Positions 46,638 to 55,541 of a stretch of 64,000 nt of DNA are shown in pieces. Within the stretch, counting starts at the first letter, position 1; each line of letters starts with the position of its first letter. The stretch is taken from NCBI GenBank assembly GCA_964611295.1, contig CAZSWV010000001.1, positions 1,869 through 65,868 on the forward strand, in the 5' to 3' direction. The notes beneath the pieces were generated by a model. The model had not been told where the DNA came from. It saw nothing but the letters and a program-made list of their open reading frames with translations, and made no database searches. The translations under genes and the position numbers were made by a program. Source of the DNA: an uncultured Thermodesulfobacteriota bacterium. GTDB lineage: Bacteria; Desulfobacterota; B13-G15.

Positions 46638-47903
46638 ATGAGGGTACAAATGGAAAAGGAAGGGATAGTGTGGCCTATGGATGTACCGTTATTGCGTACT
46701 GTCACCACCACCTTTAACGCTCCTGAGTCCAAGTTGCTGATAAATTCCTTTTTCATGCCTAAGGTCTTCTACGGATTGGCTGGCTTACAGTTATTTGTGG
46801 GGTCAATGGCCCAACTGGGGAGGAAGAAGGCCTTTATCGTGACAGACAAAGGGGTCAAGGGATTGGCTTCTATTGTGGAGAAGGCCTTGAGGGGTGTGGG
46901 GATTGAAGTGAAGGTGAACGAGGGGGTAGAACCAGAGGTTCCCCTTCATGTCCCTCGGCAGATGGCCGAAGAGATGTCACAGTGGGGTCCGGATCTTATA
47001 GTAGCAGTGGGTGGTGGCAGTGTTATGGATACGGCCAAGGTGAGTTGGATCCTTTATGAGGTGCCTGAAGCCGATCTTGTAGCGATAGATCCTATGAAGC
47101 CCCTTGGATTGAGGAAGAAGGCCCTTTTGGCCTGTATCCCTACGACTTCCGGTACGGGTTCTGAGGCCACAAATGTCGCCGTTGTACATGACGAGAGCGT
47201 AAGCCCTGCTCGTAAAGAGGGGGTACTTCACCCAGAACTTTATCCGGATTTTGCGGTCCTTGATCCGAGGTTTGTAGTCCGTATGCCTAAGGACCTTACC
47301 CTTTGGACGGCCATGGACGCCTTGTCGCATGCGGTAGATTGTTATCTCTGTAGGTCGAGTAACCCTATTTCGGATGCTTTGGCTGTTAAGGCCATAAAGA
47401 TGATCTTTACATATCTACCGCTTGTGCTTGAAAGGCTCGATAACTTACAGTTGCGTTTGAGGATGCAGGTGGCAGCAATGATAGCGGGGGCTGCTTTTTC
47501 CAATGGTGGGATTGGCACAACGCATGCCCTGGCCCACAACATCGGTGCCATCTTTGGGGTCCACCATGGTATGGCCTGTGGGGTTACGATCCCTTACGTG
47601 ATTAAGTTCTATGCCGAAGTGGACGATAAGTTCCTTTCCTTAGCAGAGGAATTGGGGATAAAGGGAGAAGGACGTGAAGAGGTGTTGAGGGCGTTATTGG
47701 ACTATTTCCTTGCCTTTTACAAAAAGGTAGGGGCGCCTTTGACCATGAGGGATTTGGGTATTAAGGAGGAGGACTTTAAAGCCAAAGAGGACCTTTTCGT
47801 TAAGTACGCCTTGATGGACCCGACAGGTCCCATGGCACCTCGACAGCCCTCATATGAGGAGATGCGTCAGTTGATAGAAGACGTGTATTACGGGAGGGTG
47901 TGA
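46638..47903 (+). CDS. iron-containing (type III) alcohol dehydrogenase
   Basis: Has GGGSVMDTAK and the metal-binding His cluster HALAHNIGAIFGVHHG. The start is uncertain (ATG 46638, 46650 or 46680). Confidence 0.9.
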   Translation: MRVQMEKEGIVWPMDVPLLRTVTTTFNAPESKLLINSFFMPKVFYGLAGLQLFVGSMAQLGRKKAFIVTDKGVKGLASIVEKALRGVGIEVKVNEGVEPEVPLHVPRQMAEEMSQWGPDLIVAVGGGSVMDTAKVSWILYEVPEADLVAIDPMKPLGLRKKALLACIPTTSGTGSEATNVAVVHDESVSPARKEGVLHPELYPDFAVLDPRFVVRMPKDLTLWTAMDALSHAVDCYLCRSSNPISDALAVKAIKMIFTYLPLVLERLDNLQLRLRMQVAAMIAGAAFSNGGIGTTHALAHNIGAIFGVHHGMACGVTIPYVIKFYAEVDDKFLSLAEELGIKGEGREEVLRALLDYFLAFYKKVGAPLTMRDLGIKEEDFKAKEDLFVKYALMDPTGPMAPRQPSYEEMRQLIEDVYYGRV

Positions 47904-47904
47904 G

Positions 47905-49683
47905 ATGAAGGGCTATCATGGTAAGGCCTTGCAGGTGGATTTAAACACAGGTGAAATAAGGGAAGTAGGGATAGCGGAGGAACTTTTGAGGAGTTTTGTA
48001 GGCGGTTGTGGGTTGGCCGCTGTATTGCTCTATAAACATCTCCATAAGGACCTCGATCCCCTTTCGCCTGAGGCCCCCCTTGCCTTCGCTACAGGTGTCT
48101 TTACTGGTTTTTCACCTTTTTCCGGACGTCTGGCGATCGGGGGCAGATCGCCTTTGACGAACCTTTGGGGTGAAACTACCGTTGGGGGGTTTTTTGCAGT
48201 TGAGCTTAAGCGTTTTGGGATAGATGTGCTCCTGGTTAAGGGGAAGGCGCAAAAGCCGGTATACCTTTGTCTCAAGGAAGGAAAGGCAGAGCTGAAGGAT
48301 GCCTCGGACCTTTGGGGAAAGAAGGTTTCTGAAGTCTCTTCCCTTTTAAAGCAGAAAGAAGGGGAAAGGGTAAGGCTCCTCTGCATAGGTCCAGCAGGTG
48401 AAAGGCTTGTCAGGTTTTCGAGCATCATGGATGAGAACCACAGGGCAGCGGGCAGGACCGGCCTTGGTGCGGTCATGGGGTCGAAGAACCTAAAGGCCAT
48501 TGTAGTTCAGGGGAAGGAAGGACTTCCCGAGGTGGCCGACCAAGGAAGGTTAAAAGAGGTGTATTCACAGACCTTGGATAAGATCTCGGCAAATCCCGGA
48601 AGGGAACTCTGGCACACTTACGGTACCCTTATGTACACTACACAGGGTTACGAATTGGGAGATACTCCTGCCAAGTACTTCCAAGAGGGGGTATTTCCGG
48701 CCTTTAGGATCTCCGGTGAAGCCATGTTGGACAACTACGAGGTTAAAAACGAGGGTTGTGCCTTGTGTCCTGTCATATGTGGTCATCGGGTAAGGGGCGT
48801 CAAGATGGAATATGAGTCTGTGGCAGCCTTGGGTTCTAACTGTGGGGTATTCGACCTAGAGGGGCTCCTTGACGCCGTTGAGGTTTGTAACGAGATGGGG
48901 ATGGACACGATATCCGCCGGGGTAACGGTGGGGTTTGCCATGTACCTGACCGAAAAGGGGGTCCTTAAGGATGGGATCCGCTGGGGCGACAGCAAGGCCG
49001 TGGTGAGGTTGTTGGAGCAGATAGCCTTGAGGGAAGGTATAGGTGACCTATGGGCGGAAGGGACCATGAGGGTAGCCGAGAGGTTAGGGGTTGATCCAGA
49101 GGAAGCGGCGCATGTAAAAGGGCTTGAGGTCCCTATGCATGATCCAAGGGCCTTCAGCATGCAAGGGCTGTGTTATGCCACAGGTGTCAGGGGAGCCTGT
49201 CACATGAGGTCTGACTACTTTACGGTGGACATAGCTGCGGCCCCCATACCCGAATTAGGGGTTGTGCCAGGTGACAGGTTTGAAGAGAGCGAGCAAAAGG
49301 TCAAGATGATGGTAGTGCACCAGAACGTCAAGGAAGTTTGGAACTCAGGGGTTATATGTATGCTCGGTATGTTTGACATAAATGACCTGTGTACCTTTTA
49401 CGGAGCTATAACGGGGATAGAGCTTAAGCCGCAAGATGTCTCCAATCTCGGTGAGAAGAGCTATATGTTGAAAAGGCTTCTGAACCTGAAGTTGGGGATG
49501 ACAAAAGGTCATGAGAGGCTCCCCAAAGTTGTAACTATGCCCTTGAAGAAAGGGGGAACTAGGGGTTTTTCGCCCAACCTAAGTAAGACCCTTGAACTTT
49601 ACTACAGGATTCGACAGCTAAAGGAGGACGGTTATCCTTCTGAGCAGAAATTGGAGGAACTTGGGCTGAAGGAGTTCGTGTAA
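47905..49683 (+). CDS. aor: aldehyde:ferredoxin oxidoreductase family tungstopterin enzyme
   Basis: 592 aa with N-terminus MKGYHGKALQVDLNTGEI...FVGGCGLAA, the [4Fe-4S] motif CALCPVIC, and GVRGACHMRSD. Confidence 0.9.
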   Translation: MKGYHGKALQVDLNTGEIREVGIAEELLRSFVGGCGLAAVLLYKHLHKDLDPLSPEAPLAFATGVFTGFSPFSGRLAIGGRSPLTNLWGETTVGGFFAVELKRFGIDVLLVKGKAQKPVYLCLKEGKAELKDASDLWGKKVSEVSSLLKQKEGERVRLLCIGPAGERLVRFSSIMDENHRAAGRTGLGAVMGSKNLKAIVVQGKEGLPEVADQGRLKEVYSQTLDKISANPGRELWHTYGTLMYTTQGYELGDTPAKYFQEGVFPAFRISGEAMLDNYEVKNEGCALCPVICGHRVRGVKMEYESVAALGSNCGVFDLEGLLDAVEVCNEMGMDTISAGVTVGFAMYLTEKGVLKDGIRWGDSKAVVRLLEQIALREGIGDLWAEGTMRVAERLGVDPEEAAHVKGLEVPMHDPRAFSMQGLCYATGVRGACHMRSDYFTVDIAAAPIPELGVVPGDRFEESEQKVKMMVVHQNVKEVWNSGVICMLGMFDINDLCTFYGAITGIELKPQDVSNLGEKSYMLKRLLNLKLGMTKGHERLPKVVTMPLKKGGTRGFSPNLSKTLELYYRIRQLKEDGYPSEQKLEELGLKEFV

Positions 49684-49691
49684 AAGGGCCG

Positions 49692-49970
49692 ATGCGCATA
49701 AGGGCTGTCCTTTCGGCTTTACAGTTCAAGGACCTTTGGTCCAAGTTAGGGGGTAAGGTATTGGAATTGAATCTACCCGAAGGCAGTAGGCTTGAGGATG
49801 CCCTTCGCGTCTTATCGGAGAACCTAGGCCTTGACCTCATGGGGATGTTGGAAGGGAAAAAGGTGGTCCTTTTTTACCGTAATTCCGCAGTGTCGATCGA
49901 TAAGGATAGGGAAAAGGACCTCAAGGAAGGGGAAGAACTTTTATTCATAACCCCTCTTATCGGGGGGTAA
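49692..49970 (+). CDS. MoaD/ThiS-family ubiquitin-like small protein ending in Gly-Gly
   Basis: 92 aa with a C-terminal LKEGEELLFITPLIGG followed directly by the stop, matching the MoaD pattern L.dGDE....PP.sGG. The RBS is weak. Confidence 0.6.
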   Translation: MRIRAVLSALQFKDLWSKLGGKVLELNLPEGSRLEDALRVLSENLGLDLMGMLEGKKVVLFYRNSAVSIDKDREKDLKEGEELLFITPLIGG

Positions 49971-49991
49971 AACGCAAAAGGAGGTGGAGTT

Positions 49992-51212
49992 ATGGGAAGG
50001 GGTTTGAGGAAATGGTGTACGTTGGCCTTAGGACTTATGGTCCTATTGGCCCTGGGTGTAGTCCAAGCTAAGGACAAGATAGTTATAGGCCAAGCATGGC
50101 CCCTTTCAGGACCTGGAGCAGGTGCTGCGAGGGTTTCAGGGGGAATGATATACGAGATGTGGGTAAAGGAAGTAAACAAGGCTGGTGGTATCTATGTAAA
50201 ACAATATGGTAAGAAGTTGCCTGTTGAGCTCAAGATCTACGATAACGAGACCGATATAGGTAAGACCACCAAGTTGATAGAGAAGTTGATCCTCGAGGAC
50301 AAGGTGGATTTCGTGCTTCCTCCCTGGGGTACTGCTTTCCTTTATGCTGCTGCAAATATATGTAATAAATACGGTTATATACTTATCGGTGGACCAGGTG
50401 GAGCAGCCAAGCTAAAGGAGCTGGACTTACCGTATTTCTTCCAAGTATTGAACTTCTCTGAAACGCAGATGCCTGCCTTGGCCGAGATCTTCAAAGAGGT
50501 AGGGGTAAAAAGCATAGCTATGATATATCGCGGCGACTTACACGGTGTGGAGTACGCTGGCATTGCCGGTCCGGTTTTCAAACAGGCGGGCTTTCAAGTC
50601 AAGATGATGAAGTCCTTCCCTCCCGATGTCACAAAGGACTTTACGCCATTTCTAAAAGAGGCCAAATCCATGGGGGTGGATGCCTTTTTGGCTGCTTGTT
50701 ACCCACCTGAGGTCATAGCCATCACAGAGCAAGCGATAGCCACAGGGATCAACTTCAACGCCATGTGGTTCAGTGTGGGTCCTTATGACCCGGTGCTTTA
50801 CAGGGACAATTTCGGCGTAAACGTAGTAGAAGGTGTAATGGGTGGTGGTGCTTGGAACCACAAATCATCACCAGGAGCCGCTGAACTGGTAAAGTTGCAC
50901 AAACAGTATTATAAAGTGGAACCCGATTATTGGGGCGCCTTGTATTATTGGTCCTCGCTTCAGCACTTCCAGAAGGCCATAGAAAAGGCTGGGACCTTGG
51001 ACCAGAAGGCCGTACGAGATGTTTTGGCGACTTCGAAGTTCGACACTGCCCTTGGCCCCTATTGGTATGACGAAAAGAGGATGTTGGCCAAAGAATGCCA
51101 CCCAGGCGAAGTCGGACAGTGGCAAAAGGGGGTGTTTGAGGTCATAGACAAGAGCCCTAAGAGGACGGCCAAACCCCTTTATCCTAAGCCTGCGTGGCCT
51201 ACTAAGAAGTAA
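49992..51212 (+). CDS. ABC transporter substrate-binding protein, Liv/type-I PBP family (copy 1)
   Basis: 406 aa with signal peptide LALGLMVLLALGVVQA, then KDKIVIGQAWPLSGPGAGAA. It is followed by livHMGF-type genes. Confidence 0.88.
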   Translation: MGRGLRKWCTLALGLMVLLALGVVQAKDKIVIGQAWPLSGPGAGAARVSGGMIYEMWVKEVNKAGGIYVKQYGKKLPVELKIYDNETDIGKTTKLIEKLILEDKVDFVLPPWGTAFLYAAANICNKYGYILIGGPGGAAKLKELDLPYFFQVLNFSETQMPALAEIFKEVGVKSIAMIYRGDLHGVEYAGIAGPVFKQAGFQVKMMKSFPPDVTKDFTPFLKEAKSMGVDAFLAACYPPEVIAITEQAIATGINFNAMWFSVGPYDPVLYRDNFGVNVVEGVMGGGAWNHKSSPGAAELVKLHKQYYKVEPDYWGALYYWSSLQHFQKAIEKAGTLDQKAVRDVLATSKFDTALGPYWYDEKRMLAKECHPGEVGQWQKGVFEVIDKSPKRTAKPLYPKPAWPTKK

Positions 51213-51230
51213 GGTATCAATTAGAGTAGA

Positions 51231-51261
51231 GGGCAGGGGGTGAGGAGACCACCCCCTGCCC
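51231..51261 (+). other. intercistronic GC-rich stem-loop (12-bp perfect stem, 7-nt loop)
   Basis: GGGCAGGGGGTG-aggagac-CACCCCCTGCCC begins 19 nt after the binding-protein stop. No U-tract follows. Confidence 0.6.
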
Positions 51262-51300
51262 AATAGGGTGGGTTCGAAAAAAGGCCAAAGGGGTAGGAGG

Positions 51301-52173
51301 ATGGTCTTATTACTGAACGTGGTAATCGGCGGGCTTTTAATGGGTGGTATTTATGCCCTTGCCTCTGTGGGGTTGAGCATGCAATATGGCGTGGGACGGG
51401 TACTGAACATAGCCCACGGGGAATTCCTGATGATAGGGGCCTTTTTGGCCTGGACCTTTTATACGAACTGGGCCATAAGTCCATTGCTTACCCTTCCTTG
51501 TGCCGCAGCTTTTTTGTTCCTTATAGGTTTTTCACTTGATAGGAGCCTTTTTTCGCGGTTGCGGTACGTATCGCCTTCTATTGAGGCCTTTGAGGCAAGT
51601 TCCCTTATGGCGTGTTTTGGGCTTCAGTTTATCATCCAGAACATCGCCATCCTCATCTGGGGGGCTGAATTACGGGGATATAACTACCTGGCCGTACCGG
51701 TCAACATAGGTGGTGCGGTCTTTGGGGCAAATAGGCTCATAACTTTGGCCTTTGCCCTGGGGATAAGTTTCGTATTTTACCTTTTCTTGTCCAAGACTCG
51801 GCAGGGTAAGGCTATAAGGGCTTCTTCACAGGACATATATGCTGCAGGGCTCATGGGGATAGATATAAAACACGTCTTAAGCCTTTGTTTTGCGTTTGGC
51901 GCCATGCTTGCTGGGGTAGCGGGGATACTGATAAGCATGATGTACAGCATTCAGACCACCATGGGCATGGAATATACCGTTATAGCTTTAATTGTGATCG
52001 TCCTTGGGGGATTAGGCAGTATAACGGGTAGCCTTATAGGTGGTTTTATCCTTGGTACCATTGGGAGCATTATGAGCTATGTTGAACCAGGGCTGACCCT
52101 AGTGGCTTACTACGTGTTGTTTATGATCCTACTGTTGATAAAGCCTACAGGGCTTATGGGGAGTGGGCGATGA
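51301..52173 (+). CDS. livH: branched-chain-amino-acid-type ABC permease (LivH family)
   Basis: Reads MVLLLNVVIGGLLMGGIYALASVGLSM.... ATG 51301 is preceded by AGGAGG, and the track start 51268 was rejected. Confidence 0.88.
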   Translation: MVLLLNVVIGGLLMGGIYALASVGLSMQYGVGRVLNIAHGEFLMIGAFLAWTFYTNWAISPLLTLPCAAAFLFLIGFSLDRSLFSRLRYVSPSIEAFEASSLMACFGLQFIIQNIAILIWGAELRGYNYLAVPVNIGGAVFGANRLITLAFALGISFVFYLFLSKTRQGKAIRASSQDIYAAGLMGIDIKHVLSLCFAFGAMLAGVAGILISMMYSIQTTMGMEYTVIALIVIVLGGLGSITGSLIGGFILGTIGSIMSYVEPGLTLVAYYVLFMILLLIKPTGLMGSGR

Positions 52174-53099
52174 AGATACCTAAGGCGGTGGGATTAGGAG
52201 GTTTGCTAGTCTTCTTAAGTATCCTCCCTACTATAGGTTCCCCATATTCCATAGTTCTTTTAAGCAATATCTTCATGTACATCGTCCTTACCGTAAGTTG
52301 GGTGCTGTTTTCGGCTCCTACAGGGTATATATCTTTGGCATCGGCTGCCTTTTTCGGAGCAGGGATATACTCAGCAGCTGTGCTAAGTTTCAAAGTCCCC
52401 TTTGTGATTATTGTGGCAATAGGTGCATCAGTGGGATTCCTTCTGGCGTTGTTTATAGGAGTCCTTACCCTGAGACTTAAAGGCATATACTTTGCTATGT
52501 TCACCTTCGGCTTTGTAGAGTTACTCCTCCATTTCGTACTCTGGTATGAAGCGAATATTACAGGTACCACGGGAAGAGTGGTGATGACGCTTTCTAATAA
52601 AGAGGTATATTATTTGATGCTTGTTTTATGCGTGTTGCTTATAACAGTAACATACCTTGTTCACCGTTCACGTTATGGAATAGCTTTACGTAGCATAGGC
52701 CAAAACGAAATAGCTTCAGAGCATGTGGGAGTAAACGTTGTTAAACTTAAAGTTATCACCTATGCCCTCAGTGCGGCATTTGTGAGTGCTGCAGGTGTAA
52801 TTATGGCGACAAGGTGGACATACATTGATCCGAAGATAGCCTTTAATCCCCTTTATTCCTTTATACCTATCTTTATGGCTATATTCGGAGGGGTCAGGTA
52901 TTTATATGGCCCTATAATTGGGGCTATTGTGTTTACTTATCTGCAGGAAGTCCTTACCACGCGTTTCCCCTATTATTACATGTTGACCTTTGGCCTTCTT
53001 ATGGTGCTTATAATCGCGTATATGCCTGAAGGTATAACTGGGATCATTAGGACCTTATTGAAGCGAAAGGAGGTGGAGGCAGGACATGGCCTTGCTTGA
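52170..53099 (+). CDS. livM: branched-chain-amino-acid-type ABC permease (LivM family)
   Basis: 309-aa polytopic protein reading GYISLASAAFFGAGIY.... Confidence 0.87.
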   Translation: MKIPKAVGLGGLLVFLSILPTIGSPYSIVLLSNIFMYIVLTVSWVLFSAPTGYISLASAAFFGAGIYSAAVLSFKVPFVIIVAIGASVGFLLALFIGVLTLRLKGIYFAMFTFGFVELLLHFVLWYEANITGTTGRVVMTLSNKEVYYLMLVLCVLLITVTYLVHRSRYGIALRSIGQNEIASEHVGVNVVKLKVITYALSAAFVSAAGVIMATRWTYIDPKIAFNPLYSFIPIFMAIFGGVRYLYGPIIGAIVFTYLQEVLTTRFPYYYMLTFGLLMVLIIAYMPEGITGIIRTLLKRKEVEAGHGLA

Positions 53100-53820
53100 G
53101 GGAAAAGGGGTTACCAAGGCCTTTGGCGGTCTCATAGCGGTGAACAAGGTGGATTTCAGGATCGAAAAAGGGGAAATCGTGGGTTTGATCGGTCCAAATG
53201 GGGCTGGTAAGACCACCCTTTTTAACCTGATTTCTGGGGCCATTAAGCTTGACAGGGGTGAGATCGCGCTTGAAGGCAAAAAGATAAGCGGCCGTGGGCC
53301 TCATGAGATATGTAGGATGGGTATTGCGAGGACCTTCCAAGACGTTAAGGTCTTTGGGAACATGAGCGTACTGGAGAACGTGCTCCTTGGGGCGGTATTC
53401 GGAGGAAAGGACGGGAGGTCTATGAGGGAAGCCCAAAAGGTGGCGATGGAGGAAATTGAGTTCTGTGGGCTTAAAGGGTTTGAGAAAGCCTTAGCTAAGG
53501 ATATTCCCCTGGCCTATCAGAAAAGGCTCGAGGTGGCTAGGGCTTTAGCTACAAGGCCTAAACTCCTCATGTTGGATGAGTTGATGGCAGGTTTAAATCC
53601 CACTGAGACCCAAGAAGCCATGGATTTGGTCAAGGCGATAAGGGAAAGGGGGATCACAGTTTTCATGATAGAACATGTCCTTCGTGCCATCATGAACATA
53701 TGCGAGAGGGTGATGGTGTTGCATTATGGGGAAAAGATAGCCGAAGGCACGCCCCAGGAGGTCTGCTCGAACCCTAAGGTCGTGGAAGTCTATTTGGGGG
53801 AGAAGGTATGCTTCGAGTAG
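53086..53820 (+). CDS. livG: ABC transporter ATP-binding protein (LivG family)
   Basis: 244 aa with Walker A GPNGAGKTT and the C-terminal VVEVYLGE. Confidence 0.9.
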   Translation: MALLEGKGVTKAFGGLIAVNKVDFRIEKGEIVGLIGPNGAGKTTLFNLISGAIKLDRGEIALEGKKISGRGPHEICRMGIARTFQDVKVFGNMSVLENVLLGAVFGGKDGRSMREAQKVAMEEIEFCGLKGFEKALAKDIPLAYQKRLEVARALATRPKLLMLDELMAGLNPTETQEAMDLVKAIRERGITVFMIEHVLRAIMNICERVMVLHYGEKIAEGTPQEVCSNPKVVEVYLGEKVCFE

Positions 53821-54512
53821 AAAAGTTGAGCGTAGCCTTTGGGAAAATCCGGGTTTTATGGGATGTCTCCTTAAGTGTCAACGAAGGCGAGATAGTGGCT
53901 ATCATCGGGGCCAATGGCGCTGGTAAGACCACTTTGCTGAATGCCATTTCTGGTTTAGTCAAGCCTTTGTCCGGTACCATTGAGTTTATGGGACAACGGA
54001 TCGATCACCTCCCGCCCCACAAGATCGTGGAGATGGGCATTGTACACATACCTGAAGGGGGAAAGCTGTTCATGGAGATGAACGTGAAGGAGAACTTGGA
54101 AATGGGGGCCTTTCCCCCAAGGGCTTGGAAGGATAGGGAAAAGGAGGCACAGAAGCTTTACGAACTCTTTCCCCGTTTGAAAGAGAGACAAAGGCAATTG
54201 GCGAGGACCTTGAGCGGAGGCGAAAGGCAGATGTTGGCCATAGCCCGCGGTTTGATGTCGAGGCCACGGCTTTGTATGTTCGACGAACCTTCCTATGGGC
54301 TTGCTCCGTTGGTGGTGAGGGAGATCATGGAGGTGATAAAGACGTTACCTGCAAAAGGGATTTCTGTGCTTTTAGTGGAGCAAAACGTCAACCTCGCCCT
54401 CGAAGTGGCACACAGGGGTTATGTGCTTGAGAATGGACGGATAGTATTAGAGGGGCCAAGCCATGAACTTTTGCAGACGGAGATGATAAAAAAGGCCTAT
54501 TTAGGCATGTGA
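53808..54512 (+). CDS. livF: ABC transporter ATP-binding protein (LivF family)
   Basis: 234 aa with Walker A GANGAGKTT, signature LSGGERQ, and the C-terminal KKAYLG. Confidence 0.9.
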   Translation: MLRVEKLSVAFGKIRVLWDVSLSVNEGEIVAIIGANGAGKTTLLNAISGLVKPLSGTIEFMGQRIDHLPPHKIVEMGIVHIPEGGKLFMEMNVKENLEMGAFPPRAWKDREKEAQKLYELFPRLKERQRQLARTLSGGERQMLAIARGLMSRPRLCMFDEPSYGLAPLVVREIMEVIKTLPAKGISVLLVEQNVNLALEVAHRGYVLENGRIVLEGPSHELLQTEMIKKAYLGM

Positions 54513-54534
54513 AAATAAAAAGAGGAGGTGTGAG

Positions 54535-55485
54535 ATGGGCGTAAAGGGTAAGGGTTTGAGGGTTATTTTGGGGGTTTTATTGATGATGTGCCTTTTTGTG
54601 GTCTCAGCTTATGCGAAAAGGGAAATAGATCCTTTGGTGTCACCGGATTGGGTTGGGGCCAATATCGTAAACCCAAAGTTAGTGATCCTTGATGTGAGGA
54701 GCGCTCAGGAATATGCCAAAGGGCACATACCTGGCGCCATAAATGTCCCAGTGGCTTTTCCGGCTTCGGCATGGACTGCGCCAAAGGGCAACGTGGTATT
54801 CGAAGTGCCTCCTGACGAAGAGCTCGTAAAGACCATACGCAATGCCGGTATCAAAGAGGACTCATGGGTGGTGATAGTGGGTAGGACCACAGGACCCATG
54901 CCCTATTACGCCATGGCTGATGCTACACGGGTTGCCATAACCTTGCTTTATGCGGGTATTGAGAACGTGGCCATAATGGAAGGTGGATTCGACAAGTGGG
55001 TGTGGGAAGGGAAGCCCGTTTCAAAAGTAGCCGAAAAACCTAAGCCTAGCGACTTCAAGGGCAACTTCAAAAAGGAGATGTTCGCCACCAAGGAAGAGGT
55101 ACTAGAGAAGATTGGGAAGGCTGTGATCATAGATTCCCGCGATGCCGATGTTTATTTCGGAGTGAAAACGGAGCCTTGGAGCCCAAGGCCTGGTCACATC
55201 CCAACGGCTAAAAGTCTCCCTACGCCTTGGTTGTGGGACATGAGGAAGGACTACGGTGTGTACCGTGAAAGGGAGGTGTTGGCCGAAATGGTGAAGACCT
55301 TAATAGGGGAACCAACTGCTGACAAAGAGGTCATCGTATATTGTGGCGTGGGTGGTTATGCCAGCACCATGTACTTTGTCTTAAAGGAGGTCCTCGGTTA
55401 TCCCAATGTGAAGATGTACGATGGTTCAGCTCAAGAGTGGAACCTAGATCCAAATGCGCCTTTGGTGAAGTTCAAATGGGAATAA
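54535..55485 (+). CDS. secreted two-domain rhodanese (thiosulfate/3-mercaptopyruvate sulfurtransferase family)
   Basis: 316 aa with signal peptide VILGVLLMMCLFVVSAYA, a first domain containing DVRSAQEYAKGHIPGAINVP, and active-site loop VYCGVGGYAS in the second domain. Confidence 0.82.
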   Translation: MGVKGKGLRVILGVLLMMCLFVVSAYAKREIDPLVSPDWVGANIVNPKLVILDVRSAQEYAKGHIPGAINVPVAFPASAWTAPKGNVVFEVPPDEELVKTIRNAGIKEDSWVVIVGRTTGPMPYYAMADATRVAITLLYAGIENVAIMEGGFDKWVWEGKPVSKVAEKPKPSDFKGNFKKEMFATKEEVLEKIGKAVIIDSRDADVYFGVKTEPWSPRPGHIPTAKSLPTPWLWDMRKDYGVYREREVLAEMVKTLIGEPTADKEVIVYCGVGGYASTMYFVLKEVLGYPNVKMYDGSAQEWNLDPNAPLVKFKWE

Positions 55486-55541
55486 GAAAGGGCTGATTGA
55501 GATATAAAAAGACCAAATCGAAAAAAACGGAGGTGTAGAGG

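Noticed and set aside
30511-49683. Class II (tungsten, BamB-I type) benzoyl-CoA reductase: AOR as BamB with the HdrA-like/MvhD genes as BamE/BamF
   Set aside because: The AOR gene is separated from the Hdr genes by two opposite-strand genes and sits with an alcohol dehydrogenase. No small BamC-like Fe-S gene is adjacent, and no NuoEFG-like BamGHI genes are present. This cannot be fully excluded without a phylogeny of the AOR.
55486-55541. Cobalamin riboswitch upstream of the corrinoid genes
   Set aside because: The gap is only 56 nt, far shorter than a B12 riboswitch aptamer, and shows no B12-box-like sequence.
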